Source: a bacterium (lineage in GTDB: Bacteria > Zhuqueibacterota > Zhuqueibacteria > Residuimicrobiales > Krinioviventaceae). From it: 64,000 nt of DNA. Below are positions 58,460 to 64,000 of this stretch, in pieces. Position 1 is the first letter of the stretch. Each line of letters begins with the position of its first letter. The notes beneath the pieces are model-generated. The model was not told the origin of the DNA. It did no database searches and worked only from the letters and a program-made list of their open reading frames with translations. The position numbers and the translations under genes are program-made. The DNA lies in the NCBI GenBank assembly GCA_963674595.2, contig CAXXFV010000019.1, positions 1-64,000 of the forward strand, in the 5' to 3' direction.

Positions 58460-59485
58460 ATGTCAGATCAGAAATTAAAATTCGCCCTCATTGGACCCGG
58501 AGCTATTGCCACACATCATATTTTAGCCATACAACAAATTGAAAATGCGGAAATCACCTATATATGTGGTATTGAAAAAGAAATAACAAAAAATTTTGCG
58601 GAAAAGTTTCAGATCCCCTGGTCAACAGAATTAAAAGCTGTCCTGGCAAACAAAGAGGTTGACGCTGTTATTGCAACCGTTCCTTCCGGTCTTCATGCGG
58701 ATATCGGCATTCAGGCAGCTCAGGCCGGAAAACATGTGATCGTGGAAAAACCCATTGATGTAACCCTGGAAAAAGCAGACGAACTTGTAAATGCCTGCAA
58801 AAATGCCGGCACAACCTTGGGCGTCATCAGCCAAAATCGTTATCTGGATTCTGTTTTAAAAGCAAAAGAATTGATAACCAGCGGTAAACTGGGAGAGCTA
58901 GTTCAAGGAGATGCCTATATTAAATGGTATCGTTCAGAGGCCTATTACCAAAGCGGTGCATGGCGCGGCACATGGAAACTCGACGGCGGTGGTCCGTTCA
59001 TCAATCAGGGCATTCATTTTATTGATTTGTTATTATCCGTTATGGGACCTGTTAAATGGGTTTCCGGTAAAACCAAAACCATAACCCACGACATTGAAGT
59101 TGAAGATACGGGTATGGCCATGCTGGAATTTGTTAACGGTGCTTACGGCGTTATTCAGGCCTCCACAGCTACCTATCCCGGATTACCGGCCCGACTCGAA
59201 ATTCACGGAACCAAAGGAACGATCATCATTGAAGGCGAAAAAATTGCATTTATGCAAATTGAAGGCCAGGAACCCTATAAAGAATCCGATGTCGCCAAAG
59301 GCGGTGCTTCTGATCCTTTGGCCATAAACGTAACACCATTTGTCAGAGAATATAAGGATTTTATTGAGGCCGTCCGTGAAAAACGGGAACCCCAGGTAAA
59401 CGGCGCAGAAGCCAGACGTTCTCTGGAATTGATCCTTGCAATTTATGAATCATCCAAAACAGGCAAACCAATTCAATTAAATTAA
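58460..59485 (+). CDS. Gfo/Idh/MocA family oxidoreductase
   Basis: IGPGAIA, AGKHVIVEKP, WRGTWKLDGGG..NQGIHFID, EVED. Confidence 0.92.
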   Translation: MSDQKLKFALIGPGAIATHHILAIQQIENAEITYICGIEKEITKNFAEKFQIPWSTELKAVLANKEVDAVIATVPSGLHADIGIQAAQAGKHVIVEKPIDVTLEKADELVNACKNAGTTLGVISQNRYLDSVLKAKELITSGKLGELVQGDAYIKWYRSEAYYQSGAWRGTWKLDGGGPFINQGIHFIDLLLSVMGPVKWVSGKTKTITHDIEVEDTGMAMLEFVNGAYGVIQASTATYPGLPARLEIHGTKGTIIIEGEKIAFMQIEGQEPYKESDVAKGGASDPLAINVTPFVREYKDFIEAVREKREPQVNGAEARRSLELILAIYESSKTGKPIQLN

Positions 59486-59525
59486 AAAAGGTGGTGCTCA
59501 CTCAACCCGGATAAGGAACCTGCTT

Positions 59526-60998
59526 ATGTTAACATCGATTGACTATTCTATCATCCTGCTTTATGGTATTATTGTAGCTGTTCTCGGATACGCAGCTAAA
59601 AGACTTGTAAAAAATCCTGATGATTATTTTGCCGGCGGGAAAAAAGTGCCCTGGTGGCTGGCCGCTATCTCTCATCACATGTCCGGTTACAGCGCATTCG
59701 CATTTGTGGGACTTGGTACAATTGCCTATGGAAGCGGATTAAGTGCCTGGACTTTTTTCGGTCCCCCGATTTTTATTGCACTGATTATAGGTGCCTTTGT
59801 CTGGGCGCCCCGATGGTCCAGAATGAAAATTTTAACACCGGTTCAATATCTGGAAGACAGATTCAACAACACGGTCCGCCAGGTGTTTGGCTGGAGTGGG
59901 ATCGGCATTAAATTTATCGATGAAGGCGCCAAACTCTATTCTCTGGCAATTATTGTTCACGTTTCAACAGGGTGGCCGTTACCCGAGGTTATCATAGCAT
60001 GCGGAATCGTCACCATTCTATATTTATTTTTCGGCGGATTATGGGCCACGATGCTGACGGACTTTGCACAGTTTTTAATTCAGTTTGCCATAACAATTAT
60101 TCTGGTTCCTGTGGTTTTAAAAACCGTAGGCGGATTTACCGGATTGGCAGCGCAAATGCCCGTTGAACATAGAAGCTTTTTTAGCGACCAAATAACACCG
60201 TTGTTTATGTTTGTTTACTTTTTCATCAATTTGTTGAGTTATAACGGAGGCACCTGGGGCCTTGCACAACGATTCTACAGTATCGGAGAACCTAAAAACG
60301 CCCGTAAAGCAGCCTTGTTTTCCGCCGTACTTTATCTCGTTTATCCTCTGGCTATTTTTATTCCAATGTGGGCGGCCCACTCTATTATCGGGCCGATTGA
60401 TAACCCGGAACACGCCTATATTCTGGTGGCGCAAAAAGTGCTTTCCTCCCTGTCGCCCGGCCTGTTAGGGTTGTTATTGGCGTCCATGTTTGCCGCTACC
60501 ATGTCGATGATCGATTCGGACCTGAATTCTCTTGCAGCCGTTTTTACCAAAGATATTTATCAACGGACTTTTCATAAAAATGCTACAGACCAACATTTGC
60601 TGCGAATTGGTATGGTCGCCACTGTTATTCTCGGTGCGCTCACCATCGCTTCCGCACTTTTAACCATTGAACTCAAAGGCGCCTTTAACGCCATGATAGA
60701 ATGGTTTGCCGCCATACTGGGGCCGGTCTCCATTCCTTTATTAATGGGTATGGTTTTTCAAAAACCGACCTGGCGCGGCGCTATCCTTTCATGGGCATGC
60801 GGCTTTATAACCTTTATTTTCTTTAAATATGGCTGGACACCTTTAACAGGCCTTGAAACGTCTTTTCCTTTATATACCGGCATGGAACTTTTGATAAGCT
60901 TTTCCGTTTTTATTGGTGAAGGGTATATCACAAAAAAATCACCGGAAGAGCAGGAAAAAATCACAAAATTTTTCGAACAATTTAAAAATTTACCATAA
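59526..60998 (+). CDS. Sodium:solute symporter family transporter
   Basis: DYFAGGKKVPWW, YLEDRF, GGLWA..TD, QRF, GLLGLLLASMFAATMS..DS. Confidence 0.92.
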   Translation: MLTSIDYSIILLYGIIVAVLGYAAKRLVKNPDDYFAGGKKVPWWLAAISHHMSGYSAFAFVGLGTIAYGSGLSAWTFFGPPIFIALIIGAFVWAPRWSRMKILTPVQYLEDRFNNTVRQVFGWSGIGIKFIDEGAKLYSLAIIVHVSTGWPLPEVIIACGIVTILYLFFGGLWATMLTDFAQFLIQFAITIILVPVVLKTVGGFTGLAAQMPVEHRSFFSDQITPLFMFVYFFINLLSYNGGTWGLAQRFYSIGEPKNARKAALFSAVLYLVYPLAIFIPMWAAHSIIGPIDNPEHAYILVAQKVLSSLSPGLLGLLLASMFAATMSMIDSDLNSLAAVFTKDIYQRTFHKNATDQHLLRIGMVATVILGALTIASALLTIELKGAFNAMIEWFAAILGPVSIPLLMGMVFQKPTWRGAILSWACGFITFIFFKYGWTPLTGLETSFPLYTGMELLISFSVFIGEGYITKKSPEEQEKITKFFEQFKNLP

Positions 60999-61022
60999 CT
61001 TTTTACTGTAAGGATTTATAAA

Positions 61023-61763
61023 ATGATTTCCAGAGATGATCTCATACATTATTTGAACGATTATTTGAAGATAGATGAATTTTCTGATTACGGACCGCAG
61101 GGACTACAGGTAGAAGGGAAATCAGAGGTACAAACGATCGTAACAGGTGTTTCGGCAAGTGTGCAATTGTTTGAAAAAGCCGTCCAGGCCGGTGCGGACA
61201 TGATTATCGTGCATCACGGTATTTTATGGGACCGTGACAGCCATGTCATTAAAGGCGGATTTAAAAACCGGATCAAACTATTGCTGGAAAATGATATAAC
61301 TCTTTTATGCTATCACCTGCCTCTGGATAAACATGCGGAAATCGGTAACAATGCGGTCATTGCCAAAAAACTGGGATTATCCAATTTGGAAGAGTTTGGT
61401 GACGTGGGGATTCAGGGGCAAATTAAAGAAACGGAACTGCAATCACTTTTAAAAACAATCCAGGACACCATTAAAAGTGATCCCCTGGTATTTGCTTATG
61501 GACCGGAAAAAATCAGCAAAATTGCTATTTGTTCGGGAAGCGCTCAAAAAGAGATTACGATTGCCATCGAAAATGGCGCTGATGTGTTTATTACGGGAGA
61601 AGTTTCAGAACCGACAATGCATATAGCAAAAGAAGGCAATATTCACTTTATTGCCGCCGGTCATTATGCTACTGAAACTTTTGGTATCAAGGCTCTCGGT
61701 GATCACATAGAAAAAAAATATAACCTTCCTGTTAAATTTATCGACGTTCCCAATCCGGTTTAA
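61023..61763 (+). CDS. Nif3-like dinuclear metal centre protein (YbgI/DUF34)
   Basis: DYGPQGLQVEG, VHHG, YHLPLD..GNN, FITGE, AGHYATE, DVPNP. Confidence 0.93.
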   Translation: MISRDDLIHYLNDYLKIDEFSDYGPQGLQVEGKSEVQTIVTGVSASVQLFEKAVQAGADMIIVHHGILWDRDSHVIKGGFKNRIKLLLENDITLLCYHLPLDKHAEIGNNAVIAKKLGLSNLEEFGDVGIQGQIKETELQSLLKTIQDTIKSDPLVFAYGPEKISKIAICSGSAQKEITIAIENGADVFITGEVSEPTMHIAKEGNIHFIAAGHYATETFGIKALGDHIEKKYNLPVKFIDVPNPV

Positions 61764-61929
61764 TATCAGCATATATATCGGGCGTGAATGTGACTTTGTT
61801 TAGATTACAGTGCGCCCGTCTGTTTATAACGGGGTGTACTTTTATAATTCACGATACATGCCATCGTTATTCTGGAAGAACCTTACCGGAATAAAGAACC
61901 ATTTGTTAGAAAAGGAAGAAGCTTTCAGT

Positions 61930-61971
61930 ATGACAACCCCTTTCGTCATGCCTGTGCAAACAGGCATCCAG
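61930..61971. repeat. 42-bp double-hairpin repeat, copy A
   Basis: ATGACAACCCCTTTCGTCATGCCTGTGCAAACAGGCATCCAG, identical to 63547-63588. Confidence 0.9.
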
Positions 61972-61995
61972 TGCGTTACCCGGTGTTTTTCTTCT

Positions 61996-63045
61996 TTATT
62001 CTTTCAACCTGCCGTGTATGATCAATTTATTTGAATTACTTTGACAACAAAAGAACACATCTTTATCAAAAAGCACCGCATCTCTGATACTAATGCTTAA
62101 CTTGGGAAAGGTGTAAAGATATTCTATATTCTGCCCGTTATAATGGGCAATGCCGTCAGTCATTCTGATAAATTGGTCCTTCTCATGTCTTCCATAAATT
62201 TTGTTGCCGAAATTTTCAAAATCGATTGTAAATTGTTTAACAAAAGAACCGTTTTGATACCGGCATACATCGTGACCCATAACAAAATAGACTTTTCCTG
62301 CCAGAGCATAAATGCTTACTCCAAAAGATGGCGGTCCAGAATATATTTTATTAAGCTCCTGGTTTTTTATTTCATAAAGTTCCAAATCTCCTCTTTTGCC
62401 ATTTCCAAACGTAGTAGAAAGTATATAGACGTTGTTTCCTTCCGCCCGAATTATAAGGAATTGTGAAAGGAAAGGAGCTCTTACAACCTCTTGCCATTTT
62501 TTGCCATTATAAGTTAAAACAAAACCGTAATAACTGCTTATCTTGCCATCAAAGTACCCGACAGTACCGCAAGCATATATTTTATCAGTACTTGCTCCCC
62601 AAATATCGTCAACAGTGATAGAGTAAGAACCTTCAATATCATACACATAATACTGGTTCCATTTTGTACCATTATAGTGCCATATTCCGGCGCCGTGAGT
62701 TCCCCAACCGCCGCCGCCGCCCATCCATACATTATTTTTATGAAAACCGAAAAGCGTGGAACCCGTACAATATATTTTCTCCTTATTATATTCAGACCAA
62801 TTTGTACCGTTAAAATGCTGTAATCTGTCGTTGTAGGTACCGCCATCACCAACCGTCCATATATCATTAGGCCAGGCGCCCCAGATCGACCTGATAAAAT
62901 TCATGGGCATGTTCAGCGTGTCCACTTTCCATGTATAATTACGCGGTCCGGGCTCGGGTTCGGGCAGGGTGGGTACCCTTTTGCAGAAATTTAAACATGT
63001 AACGCCCAATAATATCGCCAGCAATAGCATTTTTCGTGTCATCAT
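61996..63045 (-). CDS. Putative lipoprotein with IWG-type beta-propeller repeats
   Basis: Signal peptide with Cys, PEPEPGPRNYTWKVDTL, repeats IWGAWPNDIWTVG / IWGASTDKIYACG, HY/FNGTxW. Confidence 0.75.
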   Translation of the reverse strand: MMTRKMLLLAILLGVTCLNFCKRVPTLPEPEPGPRNYTWKVDTLNMPMNFIRSIWGAWPNDIWTVGDGGTYNDRLQHFNGTNWSEYNKEKIYCTGSTLFGFHKNNVWMGGGGGWGTHGAGIWHYNGTKWNQYYVYDIEGSYSITVDDIWGASTDKIYACGTVGYFDGKISSYYGFVLTYNGKKWQEVVRAPFLSQFLIIRAEGNNVYILSTTFGNGKRGDLELYEIKNQELNKIYSGPPSFGVSIYALAGKVYFVMGHDVCRYQNGSFVKQFTIDFENFGNKIYGRHEKDQFIRMTDGIAHYNGQNIEYLYTFPKLSISIRDAVLFDKDVFFCCQSNSNKLIIHGRLKE

Positions 63046-63392
63046 TGTTCCTTAGAGTTGATCGTATATGTTTTTTCCTACGGCTTGTAAAATATGTCAA
63101 TTAAAAGTAGAATATATAGACAGGATTGTATACCCTGGCCCCAAATAAAATGATGGAAAATTAATTCGCTATATCAGCAAACAGCCCCGGATGCAGTAAT
63201 CCCGCCACATTAGTATTTATGTACTATCAGATCATAAATTTATTTATACTCCCCATAGAGTCGTTAATATGATTGTTATTAATTAAATAATATTTACTAT
63301 TTCAGACAATGTCAAGTATTCTTTATCCGTCATTCTTAAAAAATGTTACTGGAATAAAGAATCGTTTATTAGAAAGTGAAGATGCTTTCAGC

Positions 63393-63476
63393 ATGACAAC
63401 CCCTTTTGTCATGCCTGTGCAAACAGGTATCCAGCGGCAAGTATGGATTCTGGATTACCGCTTGCGCAGTAATGAC
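63393..63476. repeat. 42-bp repeat copy B plus an inverted partner (REP-like doublet)
   Basis: 63393-63434 differs from copy A at 2 nt; 63450-63476 reverse-complements to GTCATTACTGCGCAAGCGGTAATCCAG. Confidence 0.8.
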
Positions 63477-63546
63477 GGGTAAGGTTACTCTTGAAAAAAT
63501 TTACTGATACAATGAACCGGTTTACAAAATTTAAGATACTTTAGAC

Positions 63547-63588
63547 ATGACAACCCCTTTCGTCATGCCTGTGCAAACAGGCATCCAG
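63547..63588. repeat. 42-bp repeat copy C
   Basis: Identical to 61930-61971 and in the same position relative to the neighbouring gene's stop codon. Confidence 0.9.
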
Positions 63589-63612
63589 CGCGTTGCCTGG
63601 CGTTTTTCACCT

Positions 63613-63999
63613 TTAGTCTTTCAACTTGCCGTGTATGATCAATTCTATTGTTAAATTACTTCGGCAACAAAAGAATATATCTCTTTCAAAAAGCACCACG
63701 TCTTTAATACTTATGCTTAGCTGGGGAAAGGTATAAAGATATTCCATATTCTGCCCGTTATAATGGACAATGCCGTCAGTCATTCTGATAAATTGATCAT
63801 TCTCATGTCTACCATAAATTTTGTTGCCAAAATTCTCAAAATCGATTGTAAATTGTTTTACAAATGAGCCGTTAGTATATCGGCACACGTCCTGGCCCAT
63901 AACAAAATATACTTTTCCTGCAAGAGAATACAGACTTATTCCAGTCATTCGCGGCCCTGTATATATTTTATTTAGCTGCCGGTTTTTTATTTCATAAAT
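63613..63999 (-). CDS. 3' part of a paralogue of the 61996-63045 lipoprotein (continues beyond the window)
   Basis: Frame is open to the edge (IYEIKNRQLNKIYTGPRMTGISLYSLAGKVYFVMG..) and collinear with the upstream-copy C-terminus. Confidence 0.85.
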   Translation of the reverse strand: MYEIKNRQLNKIYTGPRMTGISLYSLAGKVYFVMGQDVCRYTNGSFVKQFTIDFENFGNKIYGRHENDQFIRMTDGIVHYNGQNMEYLYTFPQLSISIKDVVLFERDIFFCCRSNLTIELIIHGKLKD

Positions 64000-64000
64000 T

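Noticed and set aside
61930-63588. CRISPR array
   Set aside because: Only three copies with very unequal spacing (about 1.4 kb and 112 nt), intervening DNA is partly repeated, and there are no cas genes.
61996-64000. Diversity-generating retroelement (TR/VR pair)
   Set aside because: Differences between the paralogues affect all bases, largely at synonymous positions, rather than adenines specifically. Both copies are coding and no reverse transcriptase is in the window.

Overview
AT-rich bacterial chromosomal window, standard genetic code. The gene content (DUF4835/PorD-like, PorV/PorQ-like and HhH outer-membrane genes, GH106 enzymes, many signal-peptide proteins) suggests an FCB-group organism such as KSB1 or Calditrichota; this is inference only. 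Most of the window is housekeeping or metabolic: a Crp/Fnr-ferredoxin-hcp nitrosative-stress locus, two GH106 rhamnosidase-like genes plus rhaA, rapA, an aconitase-family large/small pair with a HAL2-type nucleotidase, nadB, hisS, an amidase, a rhomboid protease and a Na+/solute symporter. Mobile DNA comprises an apparently intact IS1182-family element, an apparently intact IS3-family element that splits an NHL-repeat gene (4-bp GTAT target duplication), a RAYT/Y1 transposase whose HUH motif is mutated, a decayed RAYT fragment and several REP-like palindrome families. I found no rRNA, tRNA, CRISPR array, prophage or reverse transcriptase, and I cannot demonstrate a new biological system. The best leads are: (i) tandem lipoprotein paralogues each followed by an identical 42-bp double-hairpin repeat; (ii) an orphan sigma70-type promoter firing into a ~75-nt hairpin (candidate sRNA); (iii) a probable ATA start codon for the amidase; (iv) the PorD-like / PorV-like / HhH outer-membrane trio. 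All product calls come from motif recognition by eye, not database searches.
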